From: Escherichia coli
GTDB taxonomy: Bacteria; Pseudomonadota; Gammaproteobacteria; Enterobacterales; Enterobacteriaceae
Length of the DNA: 64,000 nt
Direction: 5' to 3' (one strand)
Assembly (NCBI RefSeq): GCF_036507355.1
Contig: NZ_AP027877.1
Every line of letters starts with the position of its first letter. Positions within the stretch are counted from its first letter, which is position 1. Below, piece by piece: positions 35,808 to 45,554 of this stretch. Position numbers and translations under genes: made by a program. The notes beneath the pieces were generated by a model that worked only from the letters and a program-made list of their open reading frames with translations, was not told where the DNA came from and did no database searches.

Positions 35808-35924
35808 TCACTCTGGCGCGCATCCCCAAGTGCGCGCCATCTCACGCTTTATCGTTTCGCCCCTCGTATCTGTTACATCCTGGCGTTACCCTTGCCGCAA
35901 AGAAGCACACAACAAGGAGCAACA

Positions 35925-36860
35925 ATGGCACTGCCAATTCTGTTAGATTGCGACCCAGGTCATGATGACGCTATCGCAATAGTTCTCGCCCTCGCCTCAC
36001 CAGAGCTTGATGTCAAAGCAATTACGTCTTCCGCCGGAAACCAGACACCAGAAAAAACCTTACGCAATGTTCTGCGTATGCTGACCTTGCTTAATCGCAC
36101 CGATATTCCGGTAGCCGGCGGCGCAGTAAAACCGTTAATACGTGAGTTGATTATCGCGGACAATGTGCACGGCGAAAGCGGTCTCGACGGCCCGGCATTA
36201 CCGGAACCGGCGTTCGCACCGCAAAACTGTACGGCCGTAGAGCTAATGGCGAAAACGCTGCGTGAAAGTGCGGAACCTGTCACGATTGTGTCTACCGGAC
36301 CGCAAACTAACGTTGCCTTGCTGCTCAATAGCCATCCGGAACTGCATAGCAAAATTGCCCGTATCGTGATTATGGGTGGCGCTATGGGGCTGGGTAACTG
36401 GACGCCTGCGGCTGAATTTAATATTTACGTTGACCCGGAAGCGGCAGAAATTGTCTTCCAGTCAGGGATCCCGGTGGTGATGGCCGGTCTGGATGTTACT
36501 CACAAAGCACAAATCCACGTTGAAGACACTGAGCGTTTCCGCGCGATTGGCAACCCTGTTTCAACCATTGTTGCCGAACTGCTGGATTTCTTCCTCGAAT
36601 ATCATAAAGACGAAAAATGGGGCTTTGTCGGCGCACCGCTGCATGACCCATGCACCATCGCCTGGCTGTTGAAACCGGAGTTGTTTACCACTGTTGAGCG
36701 CTGGGTTGGCGTGGAAACACAAGGGAAATATACCCAGGGGATGACGGTTGTTGATTATTATTATCTGACTGGCAATAAACCGAATGCCACTGTAATGGTC
36801 GATGTTGATCGTCAGGGCTTTGTTGATTTACTGGCTGATCGTCTGAAATTTTACGCTTAA
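35925..36860 (+). CDS. rihA: Pyrimidine-specific ribonucleoside hydrolase RihA (311 aa)
   Basis: ORF 35892..36860; ATG at 35925 gives [16 protein letters not shown] (nucleoside-hydrolase aspartate cluster). Confidence 0.93.
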   Translation: MALPILLDCDPGHDDAIAIVLALASPELDVKAITSSAGNQTPEKTLRNVLRMLTLLNRTDIPVAGGAVKPLIRELIIADNVHGESGLDGPALPEPAFAPQNCTAVELMAKTLRESAEPVTIVSTGPQTNVALLLNSHPELHSKIARIVIMGGAMGLGNWTPAAEFNIYVDPEAAEIVFQSGIPVVMAGLDVTHKAQIHVEDTERFRAIGNPVSTIVAELLDFFLEYHKDEKWGFVGAPLHDPCTIAWLLKPELFTTVERWVGVETQGKYTQGMTVVDYYYLTGNKPNATVMVDVDRQGFVDLLADRLKFYA

Positions 36861-36943
36861 CACACGTCATTGATTAAGATCACCACGCGTTACCTGGGTG
36901 GTCTTAATCTGTTTATCTCTTTTTCTTTCAAGATATAAATGCA

Positions 36944-38614
36944 ATGGATAATGCAGAACTCGCCATTGGTATCGATCTCGGTACTACCAATAGTTTAATT
37001 GCCGTCTGGAAAGACGGTGCCGCGCAATTAATTCCAAATAAGTTCGGTGAATATTTAACACCATCCATAATTAGCATGGATGAAAATAATCATATTTTAG
37101 TCGGAAAACCGGCTGTATCACGGCGTACTTCGCATCCGGATAAAACGGCAGCGTTATTTAAACGTGCAATGGGCAGTAATACCAACTGGCGGTTAGGCAG
37201 CGACACATTTAACGCGCCAGAACTGTCCTCTTTGGTATTACGCTCATTAAAAGAAGATGCCGAAGAATTTCTGCAACGTCCGATTAAAGATGTGGTGATC
37301 TCTGTTCCGGCTTATTTCAGCGATGAACAACGCAAGCATACCCGTTTAGCAGCGGAGTTAGCCGGTTTAAATGCAGTTCGCCTGATTAATGAGCCAACGG
37401 CAGCTGCGATGGCGTATGGCCTACATACCCAACAAAATACCCGTTCGCTGGTGTTTGATCTCGGTGGCGGCACGTTTGACGTTACGGTGCTTGAGTACGC
37501 CACGCCGGTGATTGAAGTTCACGCCTCCGCTGGCGACAACTTCCTCGGTGGCGAAGATTTTACCCATATGCTGGTCGATGAGGTTTTAAAACGCGCGGAT
37601 GTCGCCAGGACCACGCTTAACGAGAGTGAACTGGCAGCCTTGTATGCCTGTGTGGAAGCGGCAAAATGTAGCAATCAATCGCTAATGCACATTCGCTGGC
37701 AGTACCAGGATGAAACGCGGGAATGCGAATTTTACGAGAACGAACTGGAAGATTTGTGGTTGCCGCTGCTCAATCGCTTGCGAGTGCCGATTGAACAGGC
37801 GTTGCGCGATGCGCGTCTGAAGCCGAGTCAAATCGACAGTCTGGTGCTGGTTGGCGGCGCGTCACAAATGCCGCTGGTGCAGCGAATCGCCGTGCGTCTG
37901 TTTGGCAAATTACCGTATCAAAGTTACGATCCGAGCACCATTGTCGCGCTGGGCGCAGCAATCCAGGCAGCCTGCCGCTTACGCAGTGAAGATATTGAAG
38001 AAGTGATCCTCACTGATATTTGCCCTTACTCGTTGGGCGTTGAGGTTAACCGTCAGGGCGTTTCCGGCATTTTCTCGCCGATTATTGAACGAAACACCAC
38101 TGTGCCCGTGTCGCGTGTAGAAACTTATTCAACCATGCACCCGGAACAGGATTCAATTACGGTTAACGTCTATCAGGGAGAAAACCACAAAGTTAAAAAC
38201 AACATTCTGGTGGAATCCTTCGATGTGCCGTTGAAGAAAACCGGGGCTTATCAGTCGATTGATATTCGCTTTAGTTATGATATCAACGGGTTGCTTGAAG
38301 TTGACGTGCTTCTGGAAGACGGCAGCGTTAAGTCCAGAGTGATTAACCACAGCCCGGTAACATTGAGCGCGCAGCAGATTGAAGAGAGTCGGACGCGGTT
38401 ATCCGCATTGAAAATTTATCCGCGCGATATGCTCATCAACCGCACCTTTAAGGCCAAACTGGAAGAGTTGTGGGCGCGGGCGCTGGGTGACGAGCGAGAA
38501 GAGATTGGCCGGGTGATCACCGATTTTGATTCGGCGTTGCAGTCAAACGATATGGCCCGCGTCGATGAGGTCAGGCGGCGGGCGAGCGATTATTTAGCCA
38601 TTGAGATCCCATAA
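36944..38614 (+). CDS. hscC: Atypical Hsp70-family chaperone HscC (556 aa)
   Basis: ORF 36944..38614; Hsp70 ATPase signatures IGIDLGTTNS and DLGGGTFDV; shorter than DnaK. Confidence 0.95.
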   Translation: MDNAELAIGIDLGTTNSLIAVWKDGAAQLIPNKFGEYLTPSIISMDENNHILVGKPAVSRRTSHPDKTAALFKRAMGSNTNWRLGSDTFNAPELSSLVLRSLKEDAEEFLQRPIKDVVISVPAYFSDEQRKHTRLAAELAGLNAVRLINEPTAAAMAYGLHTQQNTRSLVFDLGGGTFDVTVLEYATPVIEVHASAGDNFLGGEDFTHMLVDEVLKRADVARTTLNESELAALYACVEAAKCSNQSLMHIRWQYQDETRECEFYENELEDLWLPLLNRLRVPIEQALRDARLKPSQIDSLVLVGGASQMPLVQRIAVRLFGKLPYQSYDPSTIVALGAAIQAACRLRSEDIEEVILTDICPYSLGVEVNRQGVSGIFSPIIERNTTVPVSRVETYSTMHPEQDSITVNVYQGENHKVKNNILVESFDVPLKKTGAYQSIDIRFSYDINGLLEVDVLLEDGSVKSRVINHSPVTLSAQQIEESRTRLSALKIYPRDMLINRTFKAKLEELWARALGDEREEIGRVITDFDSALQSNDMARVDEVRRRASDYLAIEIP

Positions 38615-38622
38615 ACACGGCT

Positions 38623-38655
38623 GCCGGATGCGGCGTAAACGCTGCATCTGGCATC
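38623..38655. repeat. REP element
   Basis: gccggatgcggcgtaaacgctgcatctggcatc. Confidence 0.75.
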
Positions 38656-38673
38656 GGCGCAAAAAACACATCG

Positions 38674-40125
38674 TCAACTAAACAACATCGCGATTTTGCC
38701 GAGAGCATAACCTATCACCAGCACCGTTAAGCTGATTTTGATAATGCTGGTAATGCTCTGTGGTTTTTCATCCTCATCATTTTTTTCTTCATGGTTTTCA
38801 GGTGTTGGCTCATCGACATCTTCATCCTCCGGCTCGAGTTTCACTTTCGTCAACAGCATCCGGGTGATAATGGCCTCTAATGGATGAGCATCTCCACCTT
38901 CCAGCCTTGTATTAAGACGGGCCAGCATCTCTTGTTTCGGAAACGCTTCAAGTACTACCTGTTCCGCTACCCGATACAAATCCAGTAACGGTGAATCTTG
39001 CTCTGTCTCGCTACCGACCCTCGATTTCCACCACGCCCATGCTTTGCGTTTGAAGAATAACGACTCAATAAACGATTGACCTAACGGCGATAGTTTTCCG
39101 CTATGTAAAATTTCCGCCCATAACAGACGCGTCCGGGCGCTCTCACCAGGAACATATTTCAACGGTTTACCTTGCGCATCTACCATGCTCCGTGCTTCGA
39201 TAACCATCACTAATAACGCGAAATAATCCGGGCAATGTTGTGCGCTCCACTGCAACAACAAATTATCGGCTTGTGTAGATGGGTAACTTCCCCAGTACGC
39301 GCAGAGATCGGCAAGCAGGCTTTCCCCCTCGCCGCAGTACAAACGTTGTGCACACTGGTAATACCGGGCATCTTCGCTTTCTGGTTCTTCCGTTTGCCAC
39401 TGTTGGGCAACAGGAATGAGTTCCGCCATACCTGTTTGCACCGAGCTGTACCAGCGCAACAGTTTGCGATGCAACTTCGCATCATCAGGAATTAACCACG
39501 GACCTGCCAACGCCAAAAACGCAGTGACATAGTCAGGATGGTAACGACAGCAACGTTCCAGCGCGAAGTAATACTCAACAGTCTGGTTCTGCAACGCAAT
39601 GGGATATTCCAGAAGGCTAAGGAAATCGAAACAATCACCAGCCTGAATGGCCTCAAGAAAAGCCTCCCTTTCTTCCTCATCCATTCCTACGCTGTCATTA
39701 AACGAATGCCAGTTCAAACGCTCTGCCAGCAAAGAAGCACAATTTAATGAAAGATATCGCGCTTCTATAGCGATTGCACACAGCGGCCAGCGTAATTGAT
39801 CGACATCCTCCATGTTCCAGGTATTTAATTGCTGAATAAATTTCTGCCAGGCGGAAGGCTGAAAACGATCACTTTCTGAATCCAGTAATGTCCTGAATGC
39901 ACGAAGTATTTCATGTTCAGCGGCGGCATCTTTTTCTTCATCATCTGCTTCCTCGACAGGATTTACCGCCAGTCGCAGCGCCTCTTCATAGGCCTGGCGT
40001 AATGCTTTAAACCCCTGCGGATCGGTTTCGGGATGACATAACGGTAAGCGAGCAAAATAAGCCTGGCGGATAATGTCTATTTGCGTCGTGCTTTCAATTT
40101 CGAGGATTTGCCAACATGTTTTCAT
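38674..40125 (-). CDS. djlC: J-domain-like co-chaperone DjlC/YbeV (483 aa) with C-terminal hydrophobic tail
   Basis: ORF 38674..40125; N-terminal J-like segment (...[31 protein letters not shown]), acidic linker, C-terminal TM-like stretch ([19 protein letters not shown]); start overlaps ybeU stop (ATGA). Confidence 0.9.
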   Translation of the reverse strand: MKTCWQILEIESTTQIDIIRQAYFARLPLCHPETDPQGFKALRQAYEEALRLAVNPVEEADDEEKDAAAEHEILRAFRTLLDSESDRFQPSAWQKFIQQLNTWNMEDVDQLRWPLCAIAIEARYLSLNCASLLAERLNWHSFNDSVGMDEEEREAFLEAIQAGDCFDFLSLLEYPIALQNQTVEYYFALERCCRYHPDYVTAFLALAGPWLIPDDAKLHRKLLRWYSSVQTGMAELIPVAQQWQTEEPESEDARYYQCAQRLYCGEGESLLADLCAYWGSYPSTQADNLLLQWSAQHCPDYFALLVMVIEARSMVDAQGKPLKYVPGESARTRLLWAEILHSGKLSPLGQSFIESLFFKRKAWAWWKSRVGSETEQDSPLLDLYRVAEQVVLEAFPKQEMLARLNTRLEGGDAHPLEAIITRMLLTKVKLEPEDEDVDEPTPENHEEKNDEDEKPQSITSIIKISLTVLVIGYALGKIAMLFS

Positions 40126-40829
40126 AGGTCGCTCACATCCTTAAGCGTTACCGGGCATTCAGGCTGGACAGTTAATGGTTGCCAGGGAAGCGTGGCATAG
40201 AAACGATCGCTTCCCGCTGCTAGCTCTTCGAACATATGACTCCTGGCGCTATCGTATTTGTACAGGGTTAGCGCCTCGCGTAGCGAAGTGTTGTCTTCGC
40301 ACTGAGAAGATTGCCAGTAGAGACGCCCTAGTGAATAGGCAGAAAAATAGTGCATCCAGCTGTGATAGTAATGGTGAGCTCGTACATAGACGCGCGATTG
40401 CAGCCATAAACTCTCGTCTTCCGTCAGCCACTTGTTGAGCACACCAACCCGTGATAAAAAACCCATCCGCACATAATCCCAGGCTTTGATTCCCCCTTCC
40501 CCACAACACATAGCGGTTTGGGCAACGAACTGGGTATAAATCAACCCTCTCTCCGAGCCACCAGCAATTAATGCTTTCCACTCTTCAGGGGAAGAGCGAT
40601 GCCATGTCAGATATAAGCCAGCTAAATCATTGGCATGACCATCATCAGTCATCTGATAAATAGTCTGAATTAAATCATCACGATTATTTATTCCCCAGGA
40701 TGATGAGAGATCGAATTCTTTTATCCCGGTATACATTTTTGGCGAGTCATGCGCGGGTTTGCAACCCTGATTAAGTATTTCCATGGGCGCAGAAAGCGCA
40801 AAAAGAAGATATTGTTCTTCCTTATTCAT
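40122..40829 (-). CDS. ybeU: DUF1266-family protein YbeU (235 aa)
   Basis: ORF 40122..40829; paralog of YbeR (shared block [20 protein letters not shown]); translationally coupled to djlC. Confidence 0.9.
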
Positions 40830-40930
40830 TTGTTAATAATCCCTTAAGTGCATTAACTGACTACTTTTTTATTATTGATGAGTATAAACTTGACGCTTTC
40901 AAAATAAAAAGAAAATCGAAACATTCACAC

Positions 40931-41485
40931 ATGAATAAAAAATTAATGTATATATTCGCAATTTTTATAGTTGCAGCAATTACCTGTATTAGCCAACCCA
41001 AGAAAACGACGTTGCGTGATAAAGCCATGGTGAATTATGCCTTTGATTATTTAAGCTCACCGGGCAGTCTTCCATTCACCACGGCAGCCACGGAGCTTTC
41101 CGCGATTCATGGTCACTCAACGTCGCAATATCGCCTTGGAGAATTTTATCTTCATGGTAGCGACGGTAAACCACTGGATTATACACAGGCGAGATACTGG
41201 TATGAGCAATCAGCGGAACAGGAAAATCCACGCGCGCAAAGTAAACTGGGGTGGATCTACCTCAAAGGTCTGGGGGTCAAACCCGACACCCGTAAAGCAA
41301 TTCTCTGGTATAAGGAAGCAGCTGAACAAGGGTATGCTCATGCTCAATATACTTTAGGTTTGATCTACAGAAATGGCTCAGGTATTAATGTTAACCATTA
41401 TGAATCTCAAAAATGGTTAAAACTGGCCGCCAAACAACATTACAAAAATGCGGAAAGATTACTTGCCGGGCTTCCCGCACATTAA
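40931..41485 (+). CDS. ybeT: Sel1-repeat (TPR-like) protein YbeT (184 aa) with N-terminal hydrophobic segment
   Basis: ORF 40931..41485; Sel1-like repeats ([42 protein letters not shown]). Confidence 0.88.
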
Positions 41486-41494
41486 CGTCGACTG

Positions 41495-42922
41495 TCACCC
41501 GAACAGATGGAGTATTTTCCCTATCAAACCAGCAAAGATAAAAATATAGAAAATAATTTTAATGATGCCCAGACAGCCTGGCCCACCATCGTCAACGGGC
41601 ATTGGCTGCGGTTGCGGCTCCGGTTCAACAGTTTGCTTCTCGGTAAAATTCGCCGCCTGAATTAATAATCGACGAATAATTAATGCTTCCAGTGGACAAC
41701 GATTTTCTGCATCAAGACGGCTTACGATCGGCATTAATGATTCTTCTGTTGGTTGGCTGGCCTGCACTAATTGTTTGGCAACTAAATATAATGGCCATAA
41801 GGGATGTTCTGTATCACGCGTGAGTGAGATCCGCGGCTTACGTCCTTTGTGCAAAACCATCTCGACCAGTGAACGCCCCAGAGCAGAGAGTTTTTCATCG
41901 CTGAGTATTTCGTATAAATGAAAACGCGTACGGGCGCTGTCGCCGGGGATATAAAGTAGCGGTTTTCCCTGATCGTTAACCAGTTCACGAGCTTCAATCA
42001 TCATCACCACTAACGGGTAATAATCGACCCGATGCTGACGGCACCATTGCAATATTAAAGCATCCGCCTGGGTGGAGGGATACTCGCGCCAGTAGTCACA
42101 AAGTTCTGCCAGCAAGCTTTCGCCTTCTCCACAATAGACGCGTTGTGCGTATTCATAATAACGCGCATCTTCATTATCAGGTTCAGCTTCCCGCCACGAC
42201 CGGGCGTAATCCAGGAGTTCGGGAATTCCCAGGCGACCTGCGCTATACCAGCGGAGTAAATTTCTGTGCAGTTTTGCATCATCGGGGATAATCACTGCGC
42301 GATGTTGCGCTAAATACAATGTCAGCCATTCTGGATGCGATGACCAAATCCGAGCGAACATTTGGTAAAAATCGATGGTGTCATTTTGCACGGCAACGGG
42401 CAGATGCAGGATGGTCTGGAAGTTAAAAACATTCCCCTTCGCAATGGCATATAAAAAGGATTCCAGTTCTTCTTCGTCTATTTCCCCGACGTTTTCTTCC
42501 TGCAACCACCGCAATCTTTCTGCTAATAACACCACGCACTCGAAGGATAAATGGGCAGTGTTCATGGCTATTGTGCACAGCGACCAGCGTAATTCATCAA
42601 TCTCTTCCATCGAGCAATAATTTAATTGCTGAATGAATCGCTGCCAGGCGGAGGGCAGAAAACGTTCGCTATCAGAGGCAAGTAACGCACGAAAGGCGAG
42701 CAGAATTTCATGTTCTGCTACCTCATATTCTTCTGGTTGCCAAACAGATTTAGCAGGCGACTGCGCAATCCGTAGCGCCTCCTCATACGCCTGACGAAGT
42801 TGTTTAAAACCCTGCGGATCGGTTTCTGGATGAAAGGACGGTAACAGCGCCAGATAAGCGCGGCGGATAATATCGACGTCAGTCGTTTCCTCTATGTTGA
42901 GGATCTTCCAGCAATTTTTCAT
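41495..42922 (-). CDS. djlB: J-domain-like co-chaperone DjlB/YbeS (475 aa) with C-terminal hydrophobic tail
   Basis: ORF 41495..42922; paralog of DjlC with the same N-terminal HPETDPQGF segment and a C-terminal hydrophobic stretch ([22 protein letters not shown]). Confidence 0.9.
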   Translation of the reverse strand: MKNCWKILNIEETTDVDIIRRAYLALLPSFHPETDPQGFKQLRQAYEEALRIAQSPAKSVWQPEEYEVAEHEILLAFRALLASDSERFLPSAWQRFIQQLNYCSMEEIDELRWSLCTIAMNTAHLSFECVVLLAERLRWLQEENVGEIDEEELESFLYAIAKGNVFNFQTILHLPVAVQNDTIDFYQMFARIWSSHPEWLTLYLAQHRAVIIPDDAKLHRNLLRWYSAGRLGIPELLDYARSWREAEPDNEDARYYEYAQRVYCGEGESLLAELCDYWREYPSTQADALILQWCRQHRVDYYPLVVMMIEARELVNDQGKPLLYIPGDSARTRFHLYEILSDEKLSALGRSLVEMVLHKGRKPRISLTRDTEHPLWPLYLVAKQLVQASQPTEESLMPIVSRLDAENRCPLEALIIRRLLIQAANFTEKQTVEPEPQPQPMPVDDGGPGCLGIIKIIFYIFIFAGLIGKILHLFG

Positions 42923-43626
42923 AGGTCGCTCATATCCTTAAGCGTTTCCGGGCATGTGGGGTAGTCAGCCAGTGGTTGCCAGGGTAAGGTCGCGTAATAT
43001 GCATCGTCACTGGCAAATAATTGATAAAACATATCATTGCCGGAATCGTCGTATTCTTTACGCGCTAAGAATTCACGTAATAAAGGCAGATTATCATCTT
43101 CGGGAGACTGCCAATATTGCCGACCAAAGGTATAACCGGCAAAGTATTGCCGCCAGTTACTATAATAACGTAGAGCCCGTAGATGAATACGCGACTGGAT
43201 CCATAGACTTTCTTCTTCACTCAACCAGTTATTAAGTACGCCCATTCGACTTAAAAAACCCATCCGGACATAATCCCATGCTTTAATTCCTCCCTCACCA
43301 CAGCATTCGGCTGTGCTGGCGACAAATTGCGCATAAGCCTGACCTTGCTCATTTAATTCAGCAAGATAGTCACGCCATTCACATGGAGAATAACGAAACC
43401 AGCGGTGATAAAACCCTGCCAACCGAGCGGCATGACCGTTATCGATCATTCGGTGAATTGTGCGCAGCAGGTCATCACGGTCATCAATTCCCCAGGAGGA
43501 AGAAAGGTCAAAAAAGCATGTACCTAAATACATTTTGGGGGATGAATGCGAAGGTAAACAGCATTCATTGCGTATTTCCATCGGAGTGGAAAGTGCAAAC
43601 AATATTTTTTGCGACTCCATGTCCAT
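42919..43626 (-). CDS. ybeR: DUF1266-family protein YbeR (235 aa)
   Basis: ORF 42919..43626; paralog of YbeU; stop overlaps the djlB start (ATGA). Confidence 0.9.
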   Translation of the reverse strand: MDMESQKILFALSTPMEIRNECCLPSHSSPKMYLGTCFFDLSSSWGIDDRDDLLRTIHRMIDNGHAARLAGFYHRWFRYSPCEWRDYLAELNEQGQAYAQFVASTAECCGEGGIKAWDYVRMGFLSRMGVLNNWLSEEESLWIQSRIHLRALRYYSNWRQYFAGYTFGRQYWQSPEDDNLPLLREFLARKEYDDSGNDMFYQLFASDDAYYATLPWQPLADYPTCPETLKDMSDL

Positions 43627-43640
43627 ATAATTTATCCTTA

Positions 43641-43659
43641 AACATTCATTTAATGAATG
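43641..43659. promoter_or_regulatory. Perfect 19-bp palindrome in the ybeR/ybeQ divergent promoter region (candidate operator)
   Basis: ACATTCATT-T-AATGAATGT: 9-bp arms, perfect dyad, 15 bp upstream of the ybeR start. Confidence 0.4.
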
Positions 43660-43789
43660 TAAACTACATTAGGAGGCTCATTTATTTATACTTTTCTGAC
43701 ACAACATAATACGCATAAAATAAGACTTACGCAAAAACGGAACACATAAAAATATAATATGTTTTATCTGCAACCATAAGGAAATGATA

Positions 43790-44767
43790 ATGATTTTTAC
43801 GTCAAGTTGCTGCGATAATTTGTCAATAGATGAGATTATCGAACGTGCTGAACAAGGCGATAGTGAGGCTCAATATATTGTTGGGTTTTATTATAATCGC
43901 GATAGCGCAATTGACTCTCCGGACGACGAAAAGGCCTTTTACTGGCTGAAGCTGGCCGCTGAGCAAGGTCATTGTGAAGCACAGTATTCCTTAGGGCAAA
44001 AGTATACCGAGGATAAAAGCCGTCATAAAGATAATGAGCAAGCCATCTTCTGGCTGAAAAAAGCTGCCCTACAAGGCCATACTTTCGCTTCCAACGCCCT
44101 TGGCTGGATACTGGATCGTGGAGAAGACCCCAACTATAAAGAAGCGGTTGCCTGGTATCAGATAGCCGCGGAGAGCGGAATGTCTTATGCGCAAAATAAT
44201 CTTGGGTGGATGTACAGAAATGGCAACGGAGTCGCACAAGACTATACGCTGGCATTTTTCTGGTACAAACAAGCTGCATTACAAGGCCATAGTGACGCGC
44301 AAAACAATCTGGCCGATCTTTATGAAGACGGAAAAGGCGTTGCTCAAAACGAGACACTCGCCGCATTCTGGTATTTGAAAAGCGCACAGCAGGGTAATCG
44401 GCATGCTCAGTTTCAAATTGCATGGGATTATAACGCTGGCGAAGGGGTGGACCAGGACTATAAGCAAGCGATGTACTGGTATCTGAAGGCTGCCGCTCAG
44501 GGGAGCGTCGGCGCTTACGTCAACATCGGTTATATGTATAAACACGGACAAGGCGTTGAGAAAGATTATCAGGCTGCCTTTGAATGGTTTACGAAAGCCG
44601 CTGAATGCAATGACGCCACTGCCTGGTATAACCTGGCCATTATGTATCACTACGGAGAAGGAAGACCTGTCGATCTCCGACAGGCTCTCGACCTGTATCG
44701 TAAAGTTCAGTCATCCGGAACCAGAGATGTCAGTCAGGAAATTCGTGAGACTGAAGATTTACTGTAG
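43790..44767 (+). CDS. ybeQ: Sel1-repeat protein YbeQ (325 aa; ORF is open from ATG 43784)
   Basis: ORF 43784..44767; at least seven Sel1-like repeats (AQYxLGxxYxxGxGV pattern). Confidence 0.88.
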   Translation: MIFTSSCCDNLSIDEIIERAEQGDSEAQYIVGFYYNRDSAIDSPDDEKAFYWLKLAAEQGHCEAQYSLGQKYTEDKSRHKDNEQAIFWLKKAALQGHTFASNALGWILDRGEDPNYKEAVAWYQIAAESGMSYAQNNLGWMYRNGNGVAQDYTLAFFWYKQAALQGHSDAQNNLADLYEDGKGVAQNETLAAFWYLKSAQQGNRHAQFQIAWDYNAGEGVDQDYKQAMYWYLKAAAQGSVGAYVNIGYMYKHGQGVEKDYQAAFEWFTKAAECNDATAWYNLAIMYHYGEGRPVDLRQALDLYRKVQSSGTRDVSQEIRETEDLL

Positions 44768-44836
44768 AGATAAAAACAAGGGCCGGGGAATTTCATTCGG
44801 CCCATATTCTCTTTATTGCTGTGCGAAATCAGACTA

Positions 44837-45319
44837 TTACGGCTCAAACGGGCGTCTCTGGAACTGGTCATGACCACATTTCGGGCATAGCGTCAGCACT
44901 TCCGGTGTGTAGATCGGGAGATGGAAGTGACATTTCTCGCAGACCAGATTTCCCAGCCCGACCACTTCTCCGCTGTGATAAACCCCATGATGATTGAGGT
45001 CCTGGAAAACTTCGCGCCATTCAAGCTGCGTTTTATCGGTGATGTCTGCCAGCTCCTGCCACAAGCTTTCTTTAATCACCCGCATAAAGACGCTGTCAGA
45101 TTCTTCTTTCAGGCTCTCTTCATAGCTCATGGCGAACTCTTCCAGGTCACGTCTGACAGCTCGCGTCAGCTCATCGACCTCGGTTCGCGTTAACTCCCCT
45201 GTTTTTATTACGCGCTCGCGCGCCTGTTCCACCAGTGCGTCGATATCACGTTCGCCATTGCGCAGGCGTTCGCTCAGTGACGCGACCAGTTCACGGTAAT
45301 ATTGAGCAACCTTGTTCAT
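44837..45319 (-). CDS. ybeL: DUF1451 zinc-ribbon protein YbeL (160 aa)
   Basis: ORF 44837..45319; C-terminal CxxC...CxxC (CEKCHF...CPKCGH). Confidence 0.88.
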   Translation of the reverse strand: MNKVAQYYRELVASLSERLRNGERDIDALVEQARERVIKTGELTRTEVDELTRAVRRDLEEFAMSYEESLKEESDSVFMRVIKESLWQELADITDKTQLEWREVFQDLNHHGVYHSGEVVGLGNLVCEKCHFHLPIYTPEVLTLCPKCGHDQFQRRPFEP

Positions 45320-45554
45320 CGTTTCATCTCCCGGGTCGTTAACTGACTATAATAATAGACGTTCTTTGTTCCTTGCTTTGCTAATACGCCCACAAACTCT
45401 GTAAATTAATGTATGAATAATCCGGGCATCATTTCAACGTCGAGTGCGCGAAAGGCTGTTTTGACGCGGACGTTTGGGCTATGCTATGCGGATCTGAAAA
45501 ACCACCTCTAACGCTACTTTTGTAGCCGTAATGAAAACAGGACCACTGGCTGCC

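Noticed and set aside
35808-35924. Small ORF 35710..35946 (78 aa) spanning the gltL-rihA spacer
   Set aside because: Overlaps the gltL 3' end out of frame, has no SD, and is highly basic (typical frame-shifted artefact).
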